DNA from: Bdellovibrio sp.
GTDB lineage: Bacteria > Bdellovibrionota > Bdellovibrionia > Bdellovibrionales > Bdellovibrionaceae
Assembly: GCA_036677065.1 (NCBI GenBank)
Contig: JAKFBS010000002.1
Span: 640,001 to 704,000 of the forward strand
Length of the DNA stretch: 64,000 nucleotides
Direction: 5' to 3'
Shown here piece by piece: positions 9,198 to 18,941 of this stretch. The notes under the pieces are model-generated. The model saw nothing but the letters and a program-made list of their open reading frames with translations. It was not told the origin of the DNA and made no database searches. Numbering within the stretch: the stretch's first letter is position 1; every line of letters starts with the position of its first letter. Position numbers and translations under genes: made by a program.

Positions 9198-9845
9198 ATG
9201 AAAAAATTAATGACCTTAGTTATACCTTTTGCAATCACAACATTTTCTTTAGCTCTATCTGCTCAAACTTTAACGACCAATGTTGGCGATAAAAAATATG
9301 ACACTTATAGCTTAGCGGATTCAGCTGATCTTAAAGTTGATAAAGACACGATGAACTTAAAGCCAGTTTCTCATGGTATCAGAAAGAAAAAATTTTTTGC
9401 AATCCTGCCAGTTAAAGTTTATTACGCAGAGCTATTAGCGGCTAAACCTGAAGCTTTAGTTAAGACGGATGCAGAAGCTTTATCTTCATTAAAAGCTGCA
9501 GGCCCTGTGCAATTGCGTTTAACGATGTTACGTGATTTGCCCGCAAAAAAGATTTCTGATTCTTTCGTTGACGCACTTAAGGCCAATGATGTTGCTGTTG
9601 ATTCAGGCGACATGAAAACTGTATTAGAACATATCTCGACGATGAGCGAATTCAAAAAAGGCGAAATTTTTTCAATCGTTGGCTCGTCAAAAGACGATAA
9701 AGGTTTTTTATATTTGCAAAAGCCTAATGGCGAAATCATCACGGTTGCCGGCTCTAATAAACTTGTCGAACAAATGTTTAGCATTTGGTTAGGCAAGCCA
9801 GTTGATGACAAATTAGCTGAGTTAAAAAAAGAACTTCTTAAATAG
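9198..9845 (+). CDS. Chalcone-isomerase-like secreted protein
   Basis: Signal peptide; GIRKKKFF..VKVY, LRD, FSIWLG.PVD..LKKELL. Confidence 0.75.
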   Translation: MKKLMTLVIPFAITTFSLALSAQTLTTNVGDKKYDTYSLADSADLKVDKDTMNLKPVSHGIRKKKFFAILPVKVYYAELLAAKPEALVKTDAEALSSLKAAGPVQLRLTMLRDLPAKKISDSFVDALKANDVAVDSGDMKTVLEHISTMSEFKKGEIFSIVGSSKDDKGFLYLQKPNGEIITVAGSNKLVEQMFSIWLGKPVDDKLAELKKELLK

Positions 9846-11074
9846 TGCGTAAGTTCATATTATTTTTCTTTATTTCACTTTATTCAGCCTGTGTTTTTGC
9901 ACAGGCTTTTTCTATTGGCCAATTTTCAATTGGCGAAGCTGCAGTTGATTTAGATGTAAATGATTTTAACATCGAAAAAAGCCATAGTGATATCGACGCC
10001 AGCTTTAATGCCGATAGCATCCAGTGGCTGCGTCCAGAAAATAATTTACTAACTCCCCGTGTTTTATTAACTATTAATGTTCCGAAAAAATATCACCCCG
10101 TTTATTTTAAAATTGCAGGCCAAGTTGTCTTTGCCACACAAGTTTATGTAAATTTATTTAATCCTGAAACGATTCAAATTTTTCAGGGCGATAAAATCTT
10201 AGATACCATTCATATCACAGCAAAGTCTGTGGCCCGCTCTAAACTAAAACAATGGATCGATTACACTTGCCTACCGTATAATGTGGTTATCACAGGAATT
10301 GACCAGCAGTACTCATCAACGGGTTGCAAATTACACCGTGTGGGTTCTTTTGGCCGTGAAACTCCCCGCTTAGAGGTGGCCTTCGCTTCTCCGAATTTAA
10401 CCACCTTGGCTGGCGATCACCCGCCATTTTTATTTAATCTTCAGGATAACGCCGCCGTTGAAACGGTTTTAATAAATAATAGCACCAAAGAAAAAGTTAA
10501 CGTTTCGGTCAGTGCAAAACTTCCGCAACGTTTACAGCGTTTAAAAATGGCTGGCGGCATTGGTCCTTACTTTTTTACGAGCACTTATAATTTAGAAACT
10601 AAAGGACCAGATGCGGCTCCTTCATATATGTTATATGGAAAATACGAATTATCTGAAACATCCTCATTTAAAGCTTTTGATGCTTTAGTTTATAATAATA
10701 AATCCTTATTCAACAATTCAGGTTTATATTTTTCTTATGATTTGGCGCAAGTTCTTGATGGCCAAGTTGTTTTGGGCGCGCTGATTGGCTTTCAGGGTTT
10801 ACATTATCGTTTTGACAGCGGCTACCCGAGTGAATTTGAAGTGATTTATCCGCAAGGTTTTGAAATTACTTACAATCATGCCTTCGGAATTCAGAATTAT
10901 TATTTAAGTTATGGCATGTTTTTATCAACCACTGAAGATGTGTATCGCAACATCTGGCTTCGTTACGGCAGCCAAGTATTTTACGAATTAAATTATATTA
11001 CCTGGGGTTCGGATATTGCCGAAATCGAAATGTGGGGATTATCTGTGGGCTTTCCGTTATTTAAAGCTTTTTAA
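9845..11074 (+). CDS. Hypothetical secreted/outer-membrane protein
   Basis: Signal peptide; aromatic-rich C-terminal beta strands ending in F. Confidence 0.6.
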   Translation: MRKFILFFFISLYSACVFAQAFSIGQFSIGEAAVDLDVNDFNIEKSHSDIDASFNADSIQWLRPENNLLTPRVLLTINVPKKYHPVYFKIAGQVVFATQVYVNLFNPETIQIFQGDKILDTIHITAKSVARSKLKQWIDYTCLPYNVVITGIDQQYSSTGCKLHRVGSFGRETPRLEVAFASPNLTTLAGDHPPFLFNLQDNAAVETVLINNSTKEKVNVSVSAKLPQRLQRLKMAGGIGPYFFTSTYNLETKGPDAAPSYMLYGKYELSETSSFKAFDALVYNNKSLFNNSGLYFSYDLAQVLDGQVVLGALIGFQGLHYRFDSGYPSEFEVIYPQGFEITYNHAFGIQNYYLSYGMFLSTTEDVYRNIWLRYGSQVFYELNYITWGSDIAEIEMWGLSVGFPLFKAF

Positions 11075-11541
11075 TTAGATTTAAAATTAAGCTGAAATAA
11101 ATCCGGTCGAACAATTAAATTAAACTGTGCAGTATCATCAGTGATATTAATATCAGATCCGTCTTGATTTGGAAAAAACTGAGCATACACCTCTTTAGCT
11201 TTATCTCCGGTGTATTTTACGATTGCCGAGTTAAAACCGATTTTTCCAAAAGCAGAATTGAAAACTATAAATGAACAGTGGTAGACGTTCTCTTGTTTTT
11301 TATTGCAGACAAAAGTCATTTCTTTTTGTGAAACCGTTAAGACTTTGCCTGGCCCCAAAAAGCTGTTTTGCTCAGAGACATTCATCTGCTCATAAATTTG
11401 TGCTGGCGTATGATCAAAAGTGCCATCGAATGAATTCGAAATAAGATTAATCATATACTGCTGGCCCAAGAACCGCCCCTCGGTTCGGGCCTGCAAATTA
11501 AAACTGACTAAAATAAAACTTAAAAATAATAATTTATTCAT
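11071..11541 (-). CDS. Hypothetical secreted protein
   Basis: Signal peptide LQA-R; one Cys pair. Confidence 0.65.
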   Translation of the reverse strand: MNKLLFLSFILVSFNLQARTEGRFLGQQYMINLISNSFDGTFDHTPAQIYEQMNVSEQNSFLGPGKVLTVSQKEMTFVCNKKQENVYHCSFIVFNSAFGKIGFNSAIVKYTGDKAKEVYAQFFPNQDGSDINITDDTAQFNLIVRPDLFQLNFKSN

Positions 11542-11554
11542 GACTTCTAAAAGG

Positions 11555-12838
11555 CTAACGTAAAGATCTGAAATTCACAAAAACTTTTTTTCCTGATTTT
11601 ATTTCTATGACTTGCGAAGGCAAGTTATCCGCAGTGGGAAAATCCGCGCTATCTAACCCCAAGACTTGTATGTCATATTTCCCCGGTTTTAAAAAAACGC
11701 GGGCCATTTGAATTTTAGATGGCAACGTCGACCATTGACGAAGATCGGCGCGGTCGGCCAAATTCATCGCAATCCAGGCCACCCCACCTAATAATTCATT
11801 TTTCTGTCTGATTTGGTCAGACATTACAGCTTTTGCAGCAACGCCTCCAATTCGGCGCGCTACTAATGACGAATAGTCTTTATCTAAAGTTATCATCGCC
11901 ATACGATCAATATCATAAACCACGCGCGACTTATTAACTTGGGTATAGATTTTACCTGTTGATGACTCAAGCGGAGTAATTTCAACCTGGGCGATGCTGG
12001 TTTTAAGATATTCAGTTTGTAGGGTTGGAAATCTAGGTTCGTCTTGGCGCGGGATTTTTTTGGCGCCAAAACCCTGTTGAAAAATAACAACGAGTTCACC
12101 GTTTTTACGACCATTTAATTCTGCATCTAAAGCATTGCGGTCAGCTTTAAATTCTTTTTTCCATTTATCTAAAGCTTGTTCTCGCCCTGCTAAACGCGCC
12201 GTGCGAATAAGATCTCCGCCAAGCCCCGAGATAGATGGATCTAACTTGTATGCTGCTTCATATTCGATGTAGGCATCGTCATATTTTTTTTGTGATTCCC
12301 AAATAATAGCTGATAAGTAACTGGCAAAGGGCGAAAGTTCATAGGCTTCGCGGCCTTCTATTTTAAATGATGAAATCTTGCTGTTGATTCTGCGGCACTC
12401 AACCAAGGCGGCATCAAAATCACCTAACATTAAATAATTTATCGCATTCATACTGTTGAGTAAAAATTTTTCGTAAGATTCACCCTTGTACTGAACCATT
12501 TCTTCGGCGCCTAAGGTGGCACCCACAATTTGGCTGACAGAGTGGTAATCTTTTTCTTCTAAAAGCCGATCGGCTTTAATAAAAGCCTCTGCAGAACTGC
12601 GGTAATCGCCAGAAATTTGTAAAGCCATGGCATAATCCAGCGTATACATCAGCTGGTCTTTTCCTGCCTCAGAAGATTTTTCTTTAAGTTCTTTTAAGGC
12701 TTGCGTGATTTGCCCTTGGCGAAGAAGACTTTTGGTGTTTTCTGACTGCGCCAAAAAAGAAGCGCAGCCGACCATCGTCAAGATTGTCACGACAAGTACA
12801 AAACGAATAAATTGAAATGATTTTTTTGTGACTAGCAT
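11555..12838 (-). CDS. COG3014-like TPR lipoprotein
   Basis: Lipobox VGC; YKGESYEK, ALVECRR, ADLRQWSTLP. Confidence 0.75.
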   Translation of the reverse strand: MLVTKKSFQFIRFVLVVTILTMVGCASFLAQSENTKSLLRQGQITQALKELKEKSSEAGKDQLMYTLDYAMALQISGDYRSSAEAFIKADRLLEEKDYHSVSQIVGATLGAEEMVQYKGESYEKFLLNSMNAINYLMLGDFDAALVECRRINSKISSFKIEGREAYELSPFASYLSAIIWESQKKYDDAYIEYEAAYKLDPSISGLGGDLIRTARLAGREQALDKWKKEFKADRNALDAELNGRKNGELVVIFQQGFGAKKIPRQDEPRFPTLQTEYLKTSIAQVEITPLESSTGKIYTQVNKSRVVYDIDRMAMITLDKDYSSLVARRIGGVAAKAVMSDQIRQKNELLGGVAWIAMNLADRADLRQWSTLPSKIQMARVFLKPGKYDIQVLGLDSADFPTADNLPSQVIEIKSGKKVFVNFRSLR

Positions 12839-12890
12839 TATTAAAATTATGATTTATTACTTGATAAGCCGCAATAGCAAAAGATAGCAT

Positions 12891-15077
12891 GTGGAATCTA
12901 TGATGCATCTACCGGAGCTTATTCAGGATCTTGGCTTTATTTTAATCACTGCAGCTGTAGTGACGTTGATCTTCAAAAAGCTTAATCAGCCCGTTGTTTT
13001 AGGGTATCTGATCGCAGGTTTTTTAGTAAGCTCGCATGTTCCGTTTTTGCCAAACGTGAAGGATGTCGAATCTATTAAAATTTGGGCTGAAATCGGAATC
13101 ATCGTTTTACTATTTGGTTTAGGCTTAGAATTCAGCTTTAAAAAATTAGCTCAAACCGGAAGATCAGCAACGATCACGGCGCTCTTTGAAGTTATCTTTA
13201 TGTTGGTAGCAGGCTTTGTTTTCGGCCAAATCATGGGCTGGAATCAAATAGATAGTCTGTACTTAGGTGGTATTTTATCTATTTCTTCGACCACGATTAT
13301 TATTCGCGCCTTTGATGAATTAGGGCTCAAAGGGCAGAAATTTGTTTCATTAGTTTTTGGCGTGCTGATCGTTGAAGATATCGTGGCGATTTTACTCTTA
13401 GTCGCACTCTCAACAGTGGCGATCTCGCGTGAACTTTCAGGGCCAGATCTGATCTATTCCGGCTTTCGCTTAGGATTTTTCTTAATTTTGTGGTTTATCA
13501 TAGGTATTTACGTGTTGCCAACACTCATGCGTAAAATCAAACGCTTTTTAAATAATGAAACCACTTTAATAGTTTCTTTAGGGCTTTGCCTTGGCATGGT
13601 CAGTTTAGCCACTTATGCGGGGTTTTCTCCGGCACTGGGCGCATTCGTTATGGGTTCGATTTTAGCTGAAACCAACGAAGGCCCGCGCATTGAAAAATTA
13701 ATTCACCCGATTAAAGATCTTTTTTCTGCGGTATTTTTCGTGTCTGTAGGAATGATGATTGATCCGGCTATTTTACAAGAGTACAGCTGGCAAATTTTAT
13801 TAATCACTTGCATCACGATTTTTGGTAAAGTGATCAGCACTTCATTAGGTGCTTTGTTATCAGGCGTGAGCTTTCGCCACTCAGTGCAAGCTGGGATGAG
13901 TCTTGCTCAAATTGGCGAGTTCTCGTTTATTATCGCAACTTTAGGTTTAACTTTAAAAGTCACCAGTGATTTTTTATACCCAATTGCAGTTTCAGTTTCA
14001 GCGATCACCACCTTTGCGACTCCGTACCTGATTAAAAATTCTGACAGCTTGCAATTGTTTTTACGGACTAAACTGCCGGTGAATTTCTTTAATCGTATTG
14101 AAAAATATCAAACTGCTTTCTTAGCTGAACAAAGCGAATCAGGAATCGTTAAAATACTATGGCGCGCCTATGGCTGGAAAACCTTGATTAACGGGGTTTT
14201 AGTTTTTGCGATCATTTCTATAGCTATTCTTTTGCGTTCGCGCTTTGGCGATTATATTTCTTTTGGTATAGCTTGTTTTCTTTCGATTCCGTTCTACTGG
14301 GCGATGTGCTTTGGCCAGCCTTCGAAGTTCTTAACGGATAACGAACTCGCACGTCTTCACCAGCTTGATATTGGTGTTTTTATCGGGCGAAATGTTTTAG
14401 GCTTTTTATTTGCTCTTTACGCTGTAAGTAGCTTTATGTCATTGAATTCATGGCAAGGCTTAGTTTGTTTTGCCAGCCTTACATTGTTGGTGTTTTTTGG
14501 CGGGCTTTCACAAGGCTTTTATCAAAAAATTGAAAATAAATTTATGAATAATCTGGTGTACGAAAGTCCGACTCGTAAACCAAAACTTGCTCCGTGGGAT
14601 GCAAGTCTTGCGACATTTACTATAAATCCGAACTCGAAATATGTGGGTTTAACGCTATTAGATTCAAAAATTAAAGAAAAATATAACATCACGGTGGCTT
14701 TAGTTGAGCGTGGCGAAAGTAAACATTTAGCTCCCGATCGCGATCTTATTCTTATGCCCTATGATAAGTTATATCTAATAGGCACAGATGAACAGGTTCA
14801 CAAGCTTGGAACCGAACTAGAAACCTCAATCTATAAAGATGGCGATAGCCCAGCTGAATCGTATCGCTTACGCTCTTTAAAAGTGACCTCATCGTCTCCG
14901 TTTGCAAATAAAACGATTCGCGAAAGCACAATCCGTGAAAAAACATCGGGCTTAATCGTGGGCATCGAACGTAATGGTGAGCGGATAATTAGCCCCGACT
15001 CGTCGATGGAAATCCTGGTCAACGATATACTTTGGATTGTTGGCGATTATGATAAAATTAGCCGACTGCGTTCATAG
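12891..15077 (+). CDS. CPA2 cation:proton antiporter with two TrkA-C domains
   Basis: QPVVLGYLIAG, ISSTTII, LIVED, AQIGEFSFIIA; C-terminal IVGIER repeats; start could be ATG 12900. Confidence 0.9.
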   Translation: MESMMHLPELIQDLGFILITAAVVTLIFKKLNQPVVLGYLIAGFLVSSHVPFLPNVKDVESIKIWAEIGIIVLLFGLGLEFSFKKLAQTGRSATITALFEVIFMLVAGFVFGQIMGWNQIDSLYLGGILSISSTTIIIRAFDELGLKGQKFVSLVFGVLIVEDIVAILLLVALSTVAISRELSGPDLIYSGFRLGFFLILWFIIGIYVLPTLMRKIKRFLNNETTLIVSLGLCLGMVSLATYAGFSPALGAFVMGSILAETNEGPRIEKLIHPIKDLFSAVFFVSVGMMIDPAILQEYSWQILLITCITIFGKVISTSLGALLSGVSFRHSVQAGMSLAQIGEFSFIIATLGLTLKVTSDFLYPIAVSVSAITTFATPYLIKNSDSLQLFLRTKLPVNFFNRIEKYQTAFLAEQSESGIVKILWRAYGWKTLINGVLVFAIISIAILLRSRFGDYISFGIACFLSIPFYWAMCFGQPSKFLTDNELARLHQLDIGVFIGRNVLGFLFALYAVSSFMSLNSWQGLVCFASLTLLVFFGGLSQGFYQKIENKFMNNLVYESPTRKPKLAPWDASLATFTINPNSKYVGLTLLDSKIKEKYNITVALVERGESKHLAPDRDLILMPYDKLYLIGTDEQVHKLGTELETSIYKDGDSPAESYRLRSLKVTSSSPFANKTIRESTIREKTSGLIVGIERNGERIISPDSSMEILVNDILWIVGDYDKISRLRS

Positions 15078-15117
15078 CGTGGCTTTTGCATGATGAATTT
15101 CTCAATGGAGAATTCAT

Positions 15118-16551
15118 ATGAATATGCGCAACGCAGTGACCGTATTTTTAATCTCAGCATTAGCCACAACTGTTTCGTTCGCTGGTCCGATCGTAAATAA
15201 ATTAGGTAAAAACCCGTTTAACACTCAAATTGCTGAACTTATCGAATCAGCTTTAGGCCGCTGGTCTCAAACAGATTCATTAAATCCAGCGGTGGCGTAT
15301 TATGAAACTTTTCCTGCACGATCAATGTTACCTTTAGACGATGTTACTTTTGTACCGCGAACAAATGATACAGATTCAGTGGTATTAACTGATTATATTG
15401 CTATCGGCGCGCTGTCGTCTACGGGGTCTGCAATTGGCTTACGTATGGCTTTAGCGCCGCAAGAATCCCGGCTTAAAGTTTCTCAGTCGCTGGCCGAAAG
15501 TGGATTGGTCAAAACTGGTGATATTATCGTTTCAACTCGTCCTTTATTTGCGAACTCGTTACAATACTTAGCATTGCAATTATTAAATACTCACAACTCT
15601 GTAGCTGTTGTTGTTAACGAGAATGGCAAAAAGTTATTTTATAACATTGATATGCCGATGGATGAAGACATGTTAGGGGGTGCGGCTTTAGGTTTTGGCA
15701 GATCCGCCATCGATTCGCCGCATTTTACTAAAGATAATAAAAACATGATGGTTCACATTTTACGCCCACGTTTAGACTCAAACCAAAAACTAAACCTGCA
15801 AAAATGGCTAGAAAAATCCTTGAGCAAAGCGCGCGCAAAAACTATTTATCCCAAGTTTGTATCTTTTAACAAAGATTACAACAAACCGACGTATCAAAGT
15901 GACGGAGATCTATCTTTCGTGGCTGATGTCGCCCGTCTTTTATTGGGCCAGAAAATGCAGGTTCACAAACATATCAAAATGTACTGCTCTGAATTTTCGT
16001 GGGTCATGTTATCGCTAAAAGATTGTAATCCAGACACAACTGCAGATGATTTCAAAAAATCAAAAACTCCGGCATGCGTAAAAGAATTTTTTAAACCGAT
16101 GCAAATGTTTGGTTCAGCATTCAGCGGTGGCTCAAGCACAGATCAGGATTTATATGGCATGAGTGATGGTATTCCGATGTTAATCACACAAACGGGGGCA
16201 TTGCCCCGGACAAGTATGGAACTTATCGACTTTGCTTTACCCGGTGTTGATCGTGAAGCAGATGGTTTATCTAGCGGCCACAAAGCTATCGCTGCTGAGA
16301 TGGCTCCCCTGATCAAAAAAGCCAATGGTTACTTCAAGTTAATTTTAACTCGGGAATACTCACAAATCGATGATGCCCGGGCAAAATTAAATCCGGCGGC
16401 TCCCCGCAACTATTCGCCAACCAGTTTTTCGGTACTGGCTGCCATACCAGACACTTTGAACGGTCAAAAAGTTTCGCAAAAGAAATTCGACTACGTCACA
16501 ACAATTAAATACCTACCTAAAGCTAAACTCAAAGACCTACAGTCGAAATAA
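15118..16551 (+). CDS. Secreted permuted-papain-like (NlpC/P60 superfamily) protein, paralog 1
   Basis: Signal peptide; KTGDIIVS, NTH, KDYN, MYCSEFSW in permuted GD-H-Y-CSE order. Confidence 0.6.
   Translation: MNMRNAVTVFLISALATTVSFAGPIVNKLGKNPFNTQIAELIESALGRWSQTDSLNPAVAYYETFPARSMLPLDDVTFVPRTNDTDSVVLTDYIAIGALSSTGSAIGLRMALAPQESRLKVSQSLAESGLVKTGDIIVSTRPLFANSLQYLALQLLNTHNSVAVVVNENGKKLFYNIDMPMDEDMLGGAALGFGRSAIDSPHFTKDNKNMMVHILRPRLDSNQKLNLQKWLEKSLSKARAKTIYPKFVSFNKDYNKPTYQSDGDLSFVADVARLLLGQKMQVHKHIKMYCSEFSWVMLSLKDCNPDTTADDFKKSKTPACVKEFFKPMQMFGSAFSGGSSTDQDLYGMSDGIPMLITQTGALPRTSMELIDFALPGVDREADGLSSGHKAIAAEMAPLIKKANGYFKLILTREYSQIDDARAKLNPAAPRNYSPTSFSVLAAIPDTLNGQKVSQKKFDYVTTIKYLPKAKLKDLQSK
16195..16207. 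repeat. REP-like palindrome GGGGCATTGCCCC inside CDS
   Basis: Exact 13-mer; paralog 16837 has a different sequence at the aligned codons. Confidence 0.65.
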
Positions 16552-16572
16552 GTCTGTTTTTTCTCGCACCGA

Positions 16573-16585
16573 GGGGCATTGCCCC
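16573..16585. repeat. REP-like palindrome GGGGCATTGCCCC (intergenic)
   Basis: Exact 13-mer enclosed by outer inverted repeat TTTTTCTCG/CGAGAAAAA (about 16558-16616). Confidence 0.75.
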
Positions 16586-16760
16586 GAATAAACTTAGTGT
16601 CTCAAATCGAGAAAAACCCTTGCAGTAACGCTTAACTTTTTCTTTGAGTGTGTCAGTGATGTGTCTGACGACGAGTTAGACACTAGGGCCCGCAATAATT
16701 GTCCTACACCAAATTTTAAAGCCTTAAAACAATTTTATCCTGTTTAAAGCTGTCTGAATC

Positions 16761-16775
16761 GGGCACTTTTCTTGA
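16761..16775 (+). promoter_or_regulatory. Possible sigma54-like promoter
   Basis: GGGCACTTTTCTTGA (GG-N10-GA variant) upstream of 16837. Confidence 0.4.
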
Positions 16776-16836
16776 ACCTTAGCTCTTCGTTGAGTTTTTA
16801 TAAACGGTTATTAATTATATAAAACGGAGAAAACAT

Positions 16837-18273
16837 ATGAACATGAAAAAAGCAATTAGCGCCTTTTTAAGTACAGCATTACTGGTAAGCACAGCAACTG
16901 CTGGTCCCATCGTAAACAAATTGGGAAAAAATGCGTTTAACACACAAATTTCTGCAGGGATTGAATCAGTTCTTGGTAAATGGAGTCAATCGGCTTCTTT
17001 AAATCCTTCAGTAGTGTTCTATGAAACTTTTCCGGCAAAATCTATGTTGTCTTTAAATGACGTATCTTTTGTTCCTCGTTCAGATGATACAAACTCAGTT
17101 GTATTAACAGACTACGTTTCTATCGCTGCTCAGTCAGCAACTGGAACTTCATTAGGTTTACGTATGGCTTTAGCGCCGCAAGAATCTCGTCTTGAAGCTG
17201 CTCGTTCAATGGCTGAAAGCGGATTAATCAAAACTGGAGACACTATCGTTTCAGTTCGTCCTATGTTTGCTAACTCATTACAATATTTAGCGATCCAATT
17301 ACTTAACACTCACATTTCAACTGCAGTTGTTGTTACTGAAAATGGCCGTAAGGTTGTTTACAATATCGATATGCCGATGGATGCTGACATGTTAGGTGGA
17401 GCTGCTCAAGGTTTCGGTAAATCAGTAATGGATTCACCTCACTTTACTGGTGATAACGAAAATTTAATGGTTCACATTTTACGTCCGCGTTTAAATGAAT
17501 CACAAAGACAAAACATGCAAAAATGGTTTGAAAAATCTTTAGCTAAAGCCCGCGCTAAAACGATATACCCGAAATCTTTATCATTTAACTCTGACTATAA
17601 CAGCCCGACATACCGTGGTAGCGACATTTCTTTCGTAGGTGATGTAGGCCGTCTTTTATTAGACCAAAAATTAAAAGCTGCTGACCACTTACAAATGTTT
17701 TGTTCTGAGTTTGCTTGGGTAATGTTATCTTTACGTGACTGTAACCCAGATTCAACTGCAAAAGATTTCGCAAAAAACGATACTCCTTCTTGCGTATCTA
17801 AATTCTTTGAACCAATGCAAGTTTTCGGTTCTGGCTTTAGCGGTGGTGATGTTGAAAGAGACCAATCATTATATGGTATGACTGATGGTATCCCAATGTT
17901 AATCGAGCAAACTGGTGCTGGTCCGCAAGTGGCTATGCAGTTAATCGACTTCTCTTTACCAGGTACAGAAAAAGAAGCTAAAGGTTTATCAAACGGTCAT
18001 AAAGGTGTGGCTTCTGCAATGGCTCCGCTAATCGCTCAAATGAACGGTTACTTTAAATTAGCTTTATTAGACAGAACTGCTGCGAAAATCGATGGTGCAA
18101 GAGCTCAGTTAAATCCGGCTTCTCCTCGTAACTACTCGCCAACAGGTTTCTCGGTTCATGCAGCAATGCCGAACTCGATCAACGGTAAAACTGTATCACA
18201 AAAGAAATTTGACTACGTAGTAACTGTAAAATACGTACCTAAAGCTAAACTTAAAGATCTTCAATCTAAATAA
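16837..18273 (+). CDS. Secreted permuted-papain-like protein, paralog 2
   Basis: Collinear with 15118-16551 over its full length; KTGDTIVS, NTH, SDYN, MFCSEFAW. Confidence 0.6.
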   Translation: MNMKKAISAFLSTALLVSTATAGPIVNKLGKNAFNTQISAGIESVLGKWSQSASLNPSVVFYETFPAKSMLSLNDVSFVPRSDDTNSVVLTDYVSIAAQSATGTSLGLRMALAPQESRLEAARSMAESGLIKTGDTIVSVRPMFANSLQYLAIQLLNTHISTAVVVTENGRKVVYNIDMPMDADMLGGAAQGFGKSVMDSPHFTGDNENLMVHILRPRLNESQRQNMQKWFEKSLAKARAKTIYPKSLSFNSDYNSPTYRGSDISFVGDVGRLLLDQKLKAADHLQMFCSEFAWVMLSLRDCNPDSTAKDFAKNDTPSCVSKFFEPMQVFGSGFSGGDVERDQSLYGMTDGIPMLIEQTGAGPQVAMQLIDFSLPGTEKEAKGLSNGHKGVASAMAPLIAQMNGYFKLALLDRTAAKIDGARAQLNPASPRNYSPTGFSVHAAMPNSINGKTVSQKKFDYVVTVKYVPKAKLKDLQSK

Positions 18274-18300
18274 TTTAAAGCGAAAGAAAACGAGAAATAT

Positions 18301-18807
18301 ATGAAAAAACAAATTTTATTAACTCTAGTGACTTTGTTAACTGTATCTTCAGCTTTCGCTGAATCAGAGATCACAAGACTACAACGCGTAAAAACTAAAG
18401 ATTGCTCAACTGCTGAATTAGCAAAAGCAATTACAGCAACTGCAGATAACGTTCTTTACTCTGAGAAAAAAGTAACTGTTCTTGAAGAAAGTTTAGAAAT
18501 CACGACTGCACAAAAAGAAGCTGGTACGATCGCAAAAGTATTAGGTTCATACCCACGCTCTAGCGTCTCAGCTCACAGCAAAACTGTTGTTAAAGCTGAA
18601 GCTGCTGCAGCCTCTGGTAAAGTAGGAATTACAGCTCCTGCATTGTTTGATGTTGTTTACGCTGTTCAAGATGCATCTGGTGCTCAAATTGGTTCTAGAG
18701 GCCGTGTTTCTATCGCAGTAACTTGCCGTGTAGAAAAAATCGGTAACAAGATCGCTCACGCAGCTTCTCTTTTATCTTTTGATGTGAAAGCTAAAGGCGT
18801 TAAATAA
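18301..18807 (+). CDS. Hypothetical secreted protein
   Basis: Signal peptide AFA-E; probably co-transcribed with 16837. Confidence 0.7.
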   Translation: MKKQILLTLVTLLTVSSAFAESEITRLQRVKTKDCSTAELAKAITATADNVLYSEKKVTVLEESLEITTAQKEAGTIAKVLGSYPRSSVSAHSKTVVKAEAAAASGKVGITAPALFDVVYAVQDASGAQIGSRGRVSIAVTCRVEKIGNKIAHAASLLSFDVKAKGVK

Positions 18808-18838
18808 TTTTTAAATAAGAAAACCAAGACCCAAACTT

Positions 18839-18875
18839 AAAGCCCAGACACTTTATCAAAGTCTGGGCTTTTTTT
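18839..18875 (+). terminator. Rho-independent terminator
   Basis: AAAGCCCAGAC...GTCTGGGCTTT stem followed by T tract. Confidence 0.85.
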
Positions 18876-18907
18876 ATTTCTGGAACACTTCTTTCTAGAC
18901 TAGCCGT

Positions 18908-18934
18908 TAAAACCCGCGCCCTGCATACCGATAA
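18908..18934 (+). promoter_or_regulatory. Sigma28-like promoter
   Basis: TAAA-N15-ACCGATAA, 7 nt before ATG 18942. Confidence 0.7.
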
Positions 18935-18941
18935 AAACGGT

